Part shown: piece after piece, positions 10,286-19,078 of the stretch
How positions within the stretch are numbered: the first letter of the stretch is position 1
Layout of the letters: each line of letters starts with the position of its first letter
Assembly: GCA_963723165.1 (NCBI GenBank)
Contig: CAVRPP010000013.1
Coordinates: forward strand, 25,103-89,102
DNA: 64,000 nucleotides
Direction of reading: 5' to 3'
Source of the DNA: an uncultured Actinomycetota bacterium
GTDB taxonomy: Bacteria > Actinomycetota > Acidimicrobiia > Spongiisociales > UBA4744
Translations under genes and position numbers: made by a program
The notes under the pieces: generated by a model
Databases searched by the model: none
What the model was told of the DNA's origin: nothing
The model's input: only the letters and a program-made list of their open reading frames with translations

Positions 10286-10809
10286 TCTTGTTTCGCCATG
10301 TCGATCCGCGGTACCCGTTTCTGTGGGAGACCCGCGACCAACCCGCGGCTCGATGGCACCAAACCGGCGATGGGCCCGTGCACTATCTGTCGGACACCCC
10401 GGATGGAGCCTGGGCGGAGTTTCTGCGGCATGAGGAGATCACCGACCTCGAGGACCTGGCCGGAGTCCAGCGGAGCATGTGGGCCGTCGAGGTCCCGGAT
10501 GTGCCCGTGCGGCGATCCGGGCTCCCGTTCCAGGTGGTGACAGGGGGATCGGAAACCTATCCGCGGTGCCGGCGATACGCATCGCGACTCCGGGCTGAAG
10601 GCGAGTCGGGTTTCTCAGTAGAGGGAGCGGCGCTGGAGCGCGACGCAGCACAAGGATGGACGGTTGACAACGGATTGCAGCCGGGTCCGGCCCGCACCGG
10701 CCGGGTCATCGTGCTGTTCGGAGTCCGGCCCGACCTGGTCGGTTGGCCGGCAGCCGCCCTCGGGCGGCCGCCTCCGTATCTCCTGGATAGGGTTCGCTAT
10801 CTGACGTAG
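10282..10809 (+). CDS. RES domain-containing toxin candidate
   Basis: LFRH, ARWH, VHYLSDTPDGAWAEF pattern typical of RES proteins; ATG at 10282. Confidence 0.75.
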   Translation: MILFRHVDPRYPFLWETRDQPAARWHQTGDGPVHYLSDTPDGAWAEFLRHEEITDLEDLAGVQRSMWAVEVPDVPVRRSGLPFQVVTGGSETYPRCRRYASRLRAEGESGFSVEGAALERDAAQGWTVDNGLQPGPARTGRVIVLFGVRPDLVGWPAAALGRPPPYLLDRVRYLT

Positions 10810-10887
10810 CCGCCTCCGTGTGCCGTTCTCCGCCGAGCGCGTTCCCGGAGATGCAGGTGTTTGGGGATGGCAGTGTTCTCCAGTCGC

Positions 10888-13170
10888 TCAGCCGTCTCCC
10901 AAGGCCGTATGGAGGAATCGGACGGCGCCTTCCTTTGACAGAGGTTCATTGAAGTTCCCGCACTTCGGCGATTGGACACACGAGGGGCAGCCATCCTCGC
11001 AGGGACATCCATCGATCATCTGGGCGGTTGCGTCGAGGTGAGCGATGCCTTTTTCGAACGCCAGGGCGGAGATGCCGGCCCCTCCCGGGTAAGCCTCGTA
11101 GATGAAGATCGATCCGGTGCCCGTCTCGGGATGCAGCGGGGTGGAGAGGCCGCCGATATCCCAGCGGTCACAGATAGCGAAGAGGGGAAGCATGGCGATA
11201 GCACCGTGTTCGGCGGCGTGCAGCGTGCCCGGTACGTCGCGATGGTCAACCCCGGCTGCCGAATACAGATCGTCGGGGATGGTCCACCAAACCGCATCCG
11301 TTTCGAATTCCACCGGGGGAAGGTCGAGGGCTTCGAAACTGAGCACCTCTCCTGAGCCGATCTGTTTGCGTTTGAACGCAACGACATGGCTCTCCACCCG
11401 CACCGATCCGACATGCTGGAGCAAGCGGCCGACCGGCCGCCGATCGCGAGTCTGGAGAATCTCCAGATACTTCTCCTCCTGCGCCTGGGTGTAATAGCCA
11501 ACGGCCTCCTGGTGCACGAATACCTGCCGGTTTGCGAGATCCAGCCGATCGACCACGAAGGTGTCCCCCTGGTGGAGGTACACAGCGCCGGGGTGCGCCT
11601 GGTTGAAAGCCTGGGTCTCCTCGAGGGTCCCCAGCAGCTCATCTTTTGTTCCCTCGACGACCGAGAACGGCGAGCCACCGGAACTGCGAATACCGACCGA
11701 CCCGGCGGGGCGGTTACGCCGCGCCCAGAACAGTCGTCCCTCCCGGAGGCGCAGGTCGCCGGCCTGGACCAGCCGGTTGGCTGCCTCTTCCATGCCCTCT
11801 CCGAGGAACTGCCGGTCATCGGGTTGCAGTGGTAGCTCGTAGGCAGCACACCCGGTGTGGGCCTCTGCCACCAGGGGGTTGTCCGGATTGATCACTGCCG
11901 ACTCCGGTGGCCGTGTGAACAGTTCGCGGGGATGCATCATGTAGTACTGATCGAGCGCATCTTCTCCTCCCACGAGCACACCCAGTGAGTGTTCCTGGCT
12001 GCGGCCCGCCCGGCCGACCTGCTGCCAGAACGAGGAGAGGGTCCCGGGGAACGTGTTGATGATGGCCGCATCGAGGTTGCCGACATCGATACCCAGCTCG
12101 AGTGCATTAGTGGCCGTCACCCCGAGCAGATCGCCTCCGAACAGGGCGGCTTCGATGCGACGCCGGTCGGCCGGGAGGTACCCGCCCCGATAGGGGGCGA
12201 TCCGTCCTCGCAGGGATTCCTCGAGTCGTCCGTCGGCCCACTTGTAGATCAGCTCGGTAGCTTTCCGGCTTCTGGAGAAGACGATGGTGTTGCGCTCGTT
12301 GCGGATCAGATCTACGAAGAGGTCGGTCGCTTCCCCCATGGCGCTGCGACGGCGCCTCGGTCCATCGTCGGTGAGAGGTGGATTCCACAGGGCGATCAGC
12401 TTCTCTCCTTGCGGTGAATCGTCACCCTCCAGGACTGCGACCTCGATGCCGCTCAAGCGCCCGGCCAGTTGGCCGGGGTTTCCGATCGTGGCCGAGGCGA
12501 AGACCAGGGTCGGCTGCTTGCCGTAATGGGCGGCAAGCCTCCGCAGCCTGCGCACCACGTGCGCCACATGACTGCCGAAGATGCCGCGGAGCACGTGCAT
12601 CTCGTCGATGACGATGTACTCGAGGCGCAGCAGGAAGTCTGCCCACTTCCCATGGTTCGGCAGCATGCCGAAGTGGAGCATGTCGGGATTGGTCAGGATG
12701 ACGTTGGCATGGCGCCGTGCCCACAGACGATCCTCTTGAGACGTATCTCCGTCGTAGGTAGCCGCCACCAATCCCGGGATTCGCAGAGCCGCCAGGCTTC
12801 GCAGTTGATCCTGGGCGAGGGCTTTGGTCGGGAAGACGAGCAGGGACGAAGTACGCGGGTTCTCCAGGATCGCTTCGGCTATTGGAATCTGGAAACTGAG
12901 CGACTTGCCGGAGGCAGTGCCGGACACCAGGACCGTATGAGTTCCGGATCGTATCGATTCCACAGCTCTTGCCTGGTGCCGGTACAGGCGTTCGATCCCG
13001 TGGTCTGCGAGACGCTGCGCGAGTGCCCCATGCAGAGGAGGATCGACTTCGCCGAAGATGGCCGGCCGGGCCGGCAGGCGCTCCAAGTGCGCCAACTCGC
13101 CTTCCAGGTCCGGGTCCTCGACCCAGGCGTGTACCAGTGTGTCGAGGTCCATGGGACTCCAGTTTGTCAT
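10888..13170 (-). CDS. DEAD/DEAH-box helicase with DUF1998 (SftH/MrfA/Hrq1-like)
   Basis: GTASGKS, PTKALAQDQ, IDEMH, SAT, ALELGID, QQVGRAGR, C-x-C-x3-C-x2-C cluster (CPCEDGCPSC). Confidence 0.93.
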   Translation of the reverse strand: MTNWSPMDLDTLVHAWVEDPDLEGELAHLERLPARPAIFGEVDPPLHGALAQRLADHGIERLYRHQARAVESIRSGTHTVLVSGTASGKSLSFQIPIAEAILENPRTSSLLVFPTKALAQDQLRSLAALRIPGLVAATYDGDTSQEDRLWARRHANVILTNPDMLHFGMLPNHGKWADFLLRLEYIVIDEMHVLRGIFGSHVAHVVRRLRRLAAHYGKQPTLVFASATIGNPGQLAGRLSGIEVAVLEGDDSPQGEKLIALWNPPLTDDGPRRRRSAMGEATDLFVDLIRNERNTIVFSRSRKATELIYKWADGRLEESLRGRIAPYRGGYLPADRRRIEAALFGGDLLGVTATNALELGIDVGNLDAAIINTFPGTLSSFWQQVGRAGRSQEHSLGVLVGGEDALDQYYMMHPRELFTRPPESAVINPDNPLVAEAHTGCAAYELPLQPDDRQFLGEGMEEAANRLVQAGDLRLREGRLFWARRNRPAGSVGIRSSGGSPFSVVEGTKDELLGTLEETQAFNQAHPGAVYLHQGDTFVVDRLDLANRQVFVHQEAVGYYTQAQEEKYLEILQTRDRRPVGRLLQHVGSVRVESHVVAFKRKQIGSGEVLSFEALDLPPVEFETDAVWWTIPDDLYSAAGVDHRDVPGTLHAAEHGAIAMLPLFAICDRWDIGGLSTPLHPETGTGSIFIYEAYPGGAGISALAFEKGIAHLDATAQMIDGCPCEDGCPSCVQSPKCGNFNEPLSKEGAVRFLHTALGDG

Positions 13171-13197
13171 CTCCCCGTGACAATTTCGCCGGGAGGG

Positions 13198-14415
13198 TCA
13201 CTCCGCTTCCAGTACCCCGTCGGCGAGGTCGGCAAAAGTATCGAACGCGGCATCGGTCAGATAGACCACGCTGGCGCTCCCAGCCGTCCCCACCCGGCCG
13301 TCGGCAACCACATTGGCGAGGGTGTCGGGATCCAGGTCGTAGGTCATGGCTCCCAGGGTGAGGAGTTGCTCCGCAGAGAGATCGGTCCAGACGAACTCAC
13401 CGAGAAGTTCGAGCAGGCGGGGTAGTTCTCCGATTCCGAGCGATTGGACTCTTCGGAGAGCGGCCACCATCAAGAGACCCTGGTGATAGCTCCGGGTGAA
13501 GTCGCCTCCGGCCAGGGTGCGATTGCGGGCAAATGCGAGAGCGTCCGCTCCGCCGAACAGTTGCAGCCCGGCACTGAAGAACGCTTTCGACTTCGGCTCG
13601 GCCATGGCGAACGGAACATCAAACTCGAAGCCGCCGAAGGCGTCCACCAGGCCCTCGAAACCGAGGAAGCCGGTGACCAGGTAGCCCTCGAGAGGCAGGC
13701 CGGTCAGATTGCGGGCGGTCTCGAGGACCACTTCGGGCCCGTGGGACGCCATGACGTTGGTGAACTTGTTATTTCCCCCGTACGAAGCCTCGACCCAGGA
13801 GTCCCGGGGGATTCCGACGATCGATCCCTGACCGGTGCCGGGAACCATGCCCACCAGGTGCAGCGAGTCTGCCCGGTAGCCGAGCGGATTCTGACCGGGA
13901 CGAGCATCCGAGCCGATGACGAGGGCGAGTCGCGGGCCGTCGCCGTACCAGGCTGTCTTGGCGAACCTGGACAGGCGCGCTCCCACGATCCTCCAGCCAC
14001 CGGTTGTGTCGTTGACGAGGAGAATGATGTCTTCGTCGGCGACCACGACGGCGACCTCCGATTCGACGATCGTCCCGGTGGTGACCGTGCCGGAAACAGC
14101 GACCTCTCCGACGGTCTGCCCGAGGTCGGCAAGATGTTCAACCAGGCCCGCAGGCGGATCCGGGACCTCTCCCGCGGCCGGGTCTGCCGCGTAGGTGTAC
14201 AGGTCGAGGACGGGAGCGTCGAGACCGGCTGGTGCACCAGCGAGCTCCAGTGAAACAGTTGTTTGCGGAAGCGTTGCCGTCGACGTTGTTGCCGCCGTGG
14301 TCGATGTGGTTGAGGTCGCGGTCGTGGTCGTGGTCGATGGTTCGGCTTCCGCAGCGCAAGCGCCTGCGGTCATCGAAAGGATCACGAGGAGGGCGGCGAA
14401 GTGCAGTCGTTTCAT
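13198..14415 (-). CDS. LCP (LytR-CpsA-Psr) family protein, predicted lipoprotein
   Basis: IGSDAR, RADS, IPRD, ALAFARNR, GDFTR motifs; signal peptide with Cys, Thr-rich linker. Confidence 0.85.
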   Translation of the reverse strand: MKRLHFAALLVILSMTAGACAAEAEPSTTTTTATSTTSTTAATTSTATLPQTTVSLELAGAPAGLDAPVLDLYTYAADPAAGEVPDPPAGLVEHLADLGQTVGEVAVSGTVTTGTIVESEVAVVVADEDIILLVNDTTGGWRIVGARLSRFAKTAWYGDGPRLALVIGSDARPGQNPLGYRADSLHLVGMVPGTGQGSIVGIPRDSWVEASYGGNNKFTNVMASHGPEVVLETARNLTGLPLEGYLVTGFLGFEGLVDAFGGFEFDVPFAMAEPKSKAFFSAGLQLFGGADALAFARNRTLAGGDFTRSYHQGLLMVAALRRVQSLGIGELPRLLELLGEFVWTDLSAEQLLTLGAMTYDLDPDTLANVVADGRVGTAGSASVVYLTDAAFDTFADLADGVLEAE

Positions 14416-14508
14416 GGAAATTAGGACAGTAGAGCTCCGGTCGGGTTATCGGTACCCGGCGCGGCGTCGGCGAACGGCTGCGTGCTCTAGCATCTGTCGT
14501 GTCCGCAG

Positions 14509-15810
14509 ATGGGAGTGAAGGTGGAGGTCTTCGAGAGCCTCGTCGAACTGCTGATAATCCTCATTGCGGCAAAGGTCGGCGCAGAGGTGATGGCCCGGCT
14601 TCGTCAACCTGCAGTCATCGGAGAGTTGTTGATCGGAGCCATCATCGGCGCCAGCGTGCTCGGCTGGGTGGGCGGAGGCGACGGTGGCTTGCTCTCCACG
14701 CTGGCGGAAATCGGCGTGATTCTGCTCCTGTTTGAAGTCGGCCTCGAGACGGACCTTCGCTCCTTTGCCCGGTTGGGTCCTTCTGCCCTTTCTGTGGCCT
14801 TTGTGGGGGTGGCAACCCCGTTTGCGCTGGGTTTCTTTGCGGTCAAGTGGCTATCGATTGGGGGCGGTTCGACCGAATTGGCCCTCTTCATGGGTGCGGC
14901 GATGACGGCGACGAGCGTGGGTATCACCGCCCGAGTTTTTGCCGACCTGCGCCGCCTCCACACCGACGAAGCGAAAACGATCATCGGTGCCGCGGTCATC
15001 GACGATGTGGTCGGACTGATAATTCTGGGGGTAGTTGCGGCAACCCTCGGGGGCGAAGGCGAATTCACCACCGGCACCCTGCTCGGGATCACGGCCAAAG
15101 CGGTGGGCTTTCTGGTCGTCGTAGTTGCCGTCGGTCATGTCATTGCGCCCTTCTTCTTCCGCTTCCTGCGTTTCCTCAAGGTCGAAGGGAGCTTTGTCGT
15201 CGGCTCCTTCGTGTTCGCCATTGCGGTCGGGCTGGCGGCAGAACACTTCGCCGGTCTCGAACCGATTGTCGGTGCGTTCGCCGCTGGTCTGGTCGCCGGC
15301 CAAACCAGCTTCTCGGACAGAATCGAAGCTGAGCTTCGACCAATTGCATTCCTCTTTGTGCCCATCTTCTTCCTGTTTATCGGGACCCAGGTCGATGTCA
15401 TCGCCTTGTCGGATCCACAGGTCCTGTTGGCAGGCGGATTGATTTCTGTGCTGGCGATCGTCGGGAAGTTCGTAGCCGGCTTCGGGGTCCTGTCGAAAGG
15501 AGTGAACCGACGGATCGTCGGGGTGGGCATGGTTCCCCGTGGCGAGGTGGGTTTGATTTTCGCCGCCCTGGGAGCCAACGAATTGCGGTCCGTAGTAAGC
15601 CCTGGTGATAACGCGGTGGTAGTGCTGATGGTGGTGGTTACCACTCTGATAGCGCCGCTGATTCTCAACCGGATGCTGAAGGCGCATCCTCTCGATGATG
15701 AGACCGCAGCCGAAGAAGAGTCTGTTGCTTCCATGGGCAAGATCCTCGACTCGCCCGTCACCGGGTCGCCAGAGCAGGACGCCACGCTGCGTGGCATTCC
15801 GGAGGATTAG
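14509..15810 (+). CDS. Cation:proton antiporter (CPA2 family)
   Basis: QPAVIGEL, LLFEVGLE, ATSVGIT, AAVIDD, GMVPRGEVGL. Confidence 0.92.
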   Translation: MGVKVEVFESLVELLIILIAAKVGAEVMARLRQPAVIGELLIGAIIGASVLGWVGGGDGGLLSTLAEIGVILLLFEVGLETDLRSFARLGPSALSVAFVGVATPFALGFFAVKWLSIGGGSTELALFMGAAMTATSVGITARVFADLRRLHTDEAKTIIGAAVIDDVVGLIILGVVAATLGGEGEFTTGTLLGITAKAVGFLVVVVAVGHVIAPFFFRFLRFLKVEGSFVVGSFVFAIAVGLAAEHFAGLEPIVGAFAAGLVAGQTSFSDRIEAELRPIAFLFVPIFFLFIGTQVDVIALSDPQVLLAGGLISVLAIVGKFVAGFGVLSKGVNRRIVGVGMVPRGEVGLIFAALGANELRSVVSPGDNAVVVLMVVVTTLIAPLILNRMLKAHPLDDETAAEEESVASMGKILDSPVTGSPEQDATLRGIPED

Positions 15811-16787
15811 CTGTGCTCCGCGGGGAGGTTGTCCTGGAGGATGCTGATGGGGGTGGCCCATTTGAGCGATCCGTGGGGTCGGTGGTGATTGTAGAAGTGG
15901 ATGAAGCGGTGGTAGTGGTCGGTCCGTTGGTTGTCTGAGGTCCAGGGGCGGATATAGGCCCACTCCTCGAGAAGGATGCGGTGGAATCGTTCGACTTTGC
16001 CGTTGGTTTGGGGCCGGCGGGGTCGGGTCTTCTTGACTTCGGTGCCGGTTTCCGCGCAGGCGCGATGCCACAGTCCGGACCGGTAACAGGACCCGTTGTC
16101 AGTTATGACCCGTTTCGGAGTGATTCCGATCGACTGGTACCAGGCGGCGGTTCTCCTCCAGAACCCAGCGGCGGTGGCGGCTTGTTCGTCGGTGTGGATC
16201 TCGGAGTAAGCGATCCGGCTGCGGTCGTCGATAGCGGTGTGGATGTAGCGGTAACCGACCCGGCGGCTTTTGGCCTGCTCCCCTGGATAGCCTTTCCCTC
16301 GGATACGCCAGCCGCCACCTGGAGGGATCCCAGCAAGTTTCTTGATATCGACGTGGATCAGCTCACCAGGAGTGTCTCGCTGATAACGACGTGGCGGTTC
16401 ATGTCGGGTGGCGCGGTCACCCCGATCCAAGCGTCCCAGGCCGGCCCGGTTGAGGATATTCTGCACCGTCGAGGCAGCTAACCCGACCTCGAACCCAATA
16501 TGGTCCGCGCCCCAACGGCGTTTGCGGCGGAGATGAATCACCCGACGCCGTATCGACCTCGGGGTCCGGTTCGGTGATCGATGCGGCCTCGACGACCGAT
16601 CCTCCAAACCGGCTTCACCCTCAGCGAGGTATCGATCGCGCCACTTACGTACCGTCTTCGCATCAACCTGGAACCGCTCCGCTGCGGCTTCCACCGTCCA
16701 CCCCCGATCCAGTACACAACCAACCATCCGACGCCGCCCCTCCACCGTAAGCGGCGCATTCGGATGCTGAGGTCTACCGTTGGACAT
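15807..16787 (-). CDS. IS481-family DDE transposase
   Basis: HPNAPLT..GR, DRSSRPHRSP, HVDIKKL, IDDRSR, TDNG, PQTNGKVERF; ATG at 16787. Confidence 0.95.
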   Translation of the reverse strand: MSNGRPQHPNAPLTVEGRRRMVGCVLDRGWTVEAAAERFQVDAKTVRKWRDRYLAEGEAGLEDRSSRPHRSPNRTPRSIRRRVIHLRRKRRWGADHIGFEVGLAASTVQNILNRAGLGRLDRGDRATRHEPPRRYQRDTPGELIHVDIKKLAGIPPGGGWRIRGKGYPGEQAKSRRVGYRYIHTAIDDRSRIAYSEIHTDEQAATAAGFWRRTAAWYQSIGITPKRVITDNGSCYRSGLWHRACAETGTEVKKTRPRRPQTNGKVERFHRILLEEWAYIRPWTSDNQRTDHYHRFIHFYNHHRPHGSLKWATPISILQDNLPAEHS

Positions 16788-16887
16788 GAGCCCTCCTTCG
16801 AGTCGTGAGTCCTTCAACCCACAGTCTCGCAAGGAGGGCTCAACCAATCACACCATCCCAACAGGGACAACGTCCCCGGTTGTCACA
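15812..16887 (-). mobile_element. IS481-family insertion sequence, complete (1076 bp)
   Basis: TGT...ACA ends; 23-bp imperfect IRs (TGTGCTCCGCGGGGAGGTTGTCC vs TGTGACAACCGGGGACGTTGTCC, 17/23 identical); ATTAGC direct repeat at 15806-15811 and 16888-16893. Confidence 0.95.
16788..16841 (-). promoter_or_regulatory. Stem-loop covering the transposase ribosome-binding site
   Basis: GAGCCCTCC...GGAGGGCTC inverted repeat directly upstream of the transposase ATG. Confidence 0.6.
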
Positions 16888-16900
16888 ATTAGCCGTCATC

Positions 16901-16929
16901 TTGGTGGGCAAACGCTCGCCTCTTATACT
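16901..16929 (+). promoter_or_regulatory. Candidate sigma70-type promoter for hppA
   Basis: TTGGTG-17 nt-TATACT, 30 bp upstream of the ATG. Confidence 0.4.
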
Positions 16930-16958
16930 CCGAATGCCGGCGAACAAACGAGGGGGAG

Positions 16959-19031
16959 ATGTCAACCGAGTTCTTTTTGGTAGGGGCAATTATCTCGGCA
17001 GTCATGGCTCTGGGACTGGCCCTTTACTTTGGGCGGCATGTACTGGCCATGGACCGCGGGTCGGATCAGATGGTGTCGATCTCGAATGCTATTCGGGAAG
17101 GTGCCGACGCCTTTATGCGTCGGGAGTACACCTGGGTCGCAGGCTTCGTTCTGATCCTGGCCGTTTTGATTGCAACGTTGCTCCCCTTCGGCGGTTGGAA
17201 GGCCGCCGCTTTTGTGTTCGGTGCCCTCTTGTCCGGCGGAGCCGGTTTTGTGGGTATGCGGATCGCCACTGCCGCCAACTCGCGGACCACAGAAGCCGCG
17301 AGGACAGGTGGGGTCGCCAAGGCGCTGCCGGTTGCGTTCCGTGGCGGAGCCGTGATGGGCTTCACCGTTGCCGGTTTCGGGTTGCTCGGCGTCGGTCTCG
17401 GTTTCTGGCTGTTCAATACTGAGTTGCTCGGAGTCGGCGATCTGGATACGAGCTGGGCCGAGGTGCTGGCTGCCATCGGGCTGGGTGGTTCCTCGATCGC
17501 GCTGTTCGCCAGAGTCGGCGGCGGCATCTTCACCAAGGCTGCAGACGTGGGGGCCGATCTGGTCGGGAAAGTGGAGGCGGGAATCCCCGAAGACGATCCG
17601 CGTAACCCGGCCACGATCGCAGACAACGTCGGTGACAATGTCGGTGACGTGGCAGGGATGGGGGCAGATCTCTTCGAGAGCTACGTCGGGTCACTGATCG
17701 CTCCGATCGTCTATGCCGTGATCGTCTTCCAGGGGAGCTCTTTTCTGTCGGAGGCCGTGATATTCCCGCTGGCCGTCGCGGCGCTTGGCATGGTGGCCTC
17801 GATTGCCAGTTCCTTTCTGGTCCGGGTCAGCGGTGAGAACCTGGCCGCCGGTCTGCATCGGGGGACCTGGGCTGCTTCTGGCCTGACGGCTCTTGGCGTC
17901 CTGGGACTATCGGTCTGGATCTTCGGCGGGGACTCGGGGGTCGCCAACCCGATCGGTTTGTTTGTGGCCGTCGTGATCGGGCTGACTGTCGGCATGCTGG
18001 TCGGTCAGATCTCTGAGTGGTTCACGTCCGACCATCACAAGAAGGTCAAGGAGATCGCCCGCCAGTCCGAGACTGGAGCGGCCACGGTGATTCTCGCCGG
18101 CATTGCAGAAGGGATGCGTTCTGCAGCCTTCAGCGTGATCGTTGTTGCCTTCGGCATCTTTGGAGCATTCTGGGCGGGCGATTGGGCGCTCGGTGACGGT
18201 GGTGGGGTCTACGGAGTTGCCATCGCTGCGATCGGAGTACTCGCAACGCTGGGGATCACCGTGGCAGTCGACGCATACGGACCCATTGCCGACAACGCCG
18301 GCGGTATCGCCGAGATGGCACATCTGCCTCCCGAAGTTCGAGAAGCGACCGACGCGCTCGATTCGCTGGGCAACACGACGGCCGCAATGGCGAAGGGGTT
18401 TGCTATCGCCTCGGCAGCGGTGACCGCCCTCGCCTTGTTCTCGGCTTTCACGCAGGCCGTGAAGCTCGAATCGATCGACCTGACCAACGTCGGCACCATT
18501 GTCGGGCTCTTCCTCGGCGCCATGTTCCCGTTCCTGTTTGCGGCGATGACCATCAACGCAGTTGGTCGGGCGGCATCCAAAATGATCGAGGAAGTGCGCC
18601 GCCAATTCAGGGAGATCCCGGGCTTGCGGGAGGGCCGGGAAGGCGTCAAGGCCGAGTACGGCAAGTGCGTCGATATCGCCACCGGTGCGGCCTTGCGCGA
18701 AATGGTGACCCCAGGGTTGCTGGCCGTTCTCTTCCCCATCGTGATCGGCTTCATCGATGTTGAAGCACTGGGCGGTTTCCTGGCCGGTGCCCTGGTTACC
18801 GGGTTTCTCCTGGCCATCTATATGGCCAACGCCGGTGGCGCCTGGGACAACGCCAAGAAGTTCATCGAGTCGGGTGCGTACGGCGGCAAGGGCTCTGACG
18901 CTCACAAAGCGGCCGTGATCGGTGACACGGTTGGTGATCCGTTCAAGGACACCGCCGGTCCGGCCATGAATATTGTGATCAAAGTCATGACGATCGTCAG
19001 CCTGATCTTTGCGTCGGCGTTTATCGCCTGA
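16959..19031 (+). CDS. hppA: Membrane-bound pyrophosphatase, K+-dependent type (probably Na+-translocating)
   Basis: DVGADLVGKVE, DNVGDNVGD, DNAGGIAEM, GNTTAA (Ala variant), GDTVGDPFKD. Confidence 0.95.
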   Translation: MSTEFFLVGAIISAVMALGLALYFGRHVLAMDRGSDQMVSISNAIREGADAFMRREYTWVAGFVLILAVLIATLLPFGGWKAAAFVFGALLSGGAGFVGMRIATAANSRTTEAARTGGVAKALPVAFRGGAVMGFTVAGFGLLGVGLGFWLFNTELLGVGDLDTSWAEVLAAIGLGGSSIALFARVGGGIFTKAADVGADLVGKVEAGIPEDDPRNPATIADNVGDNVGDVAGMGADLFESYVGSLIAPIVYAVIVFQGSSFLSEAVIFPLAVAALGMVASIASSFLVRVSGENLAAGLHRGTWAASGLTALGVLGLSVWIFGGDSGVANPIGLFVAVVIGLTVGMLVGQISEWFTSDHHKKVKEIARQSETGAATVILAGIAEGMRSAAFSVIVVAFGIFGAFWAGDWALGDGGGVYGVAIAAIGVLATLGITVAVDAYGPIADNAGGIAEMAHLPPEVREATDALDSLGNTTAAMAKGFAIASAAVTALALFSAFTQAVKLESIDLTNVGTIVGLFLGAMFPFLFAAMTINAVGRAASKMIEEVRRQFREIPGLREGREGVKAEYGKCVDIATGAALREMVTPGLLAVLFPIVIGFIDVEALGGFLAGALVTGFLLAIYMANAGGAWDNAKKFIESGAYGGKGSDAHKAAVIGDTVGDPFKDTAGPAMNIVIKVMTIVSLIFASAFIA

Positions 19032-19078
19032 GGGTCCGGCGGGCGGCAAAGGGCACACCGCCGGTACCATCGTCGGCT

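Noticed and set aside
10888-13170. DUF1998 helicase as part of a DISARM or Druantia defence system
   Set aside because: No methylase, DrmA or other partner genes; it sits at its usual actinobacterial position next to the tad locus.
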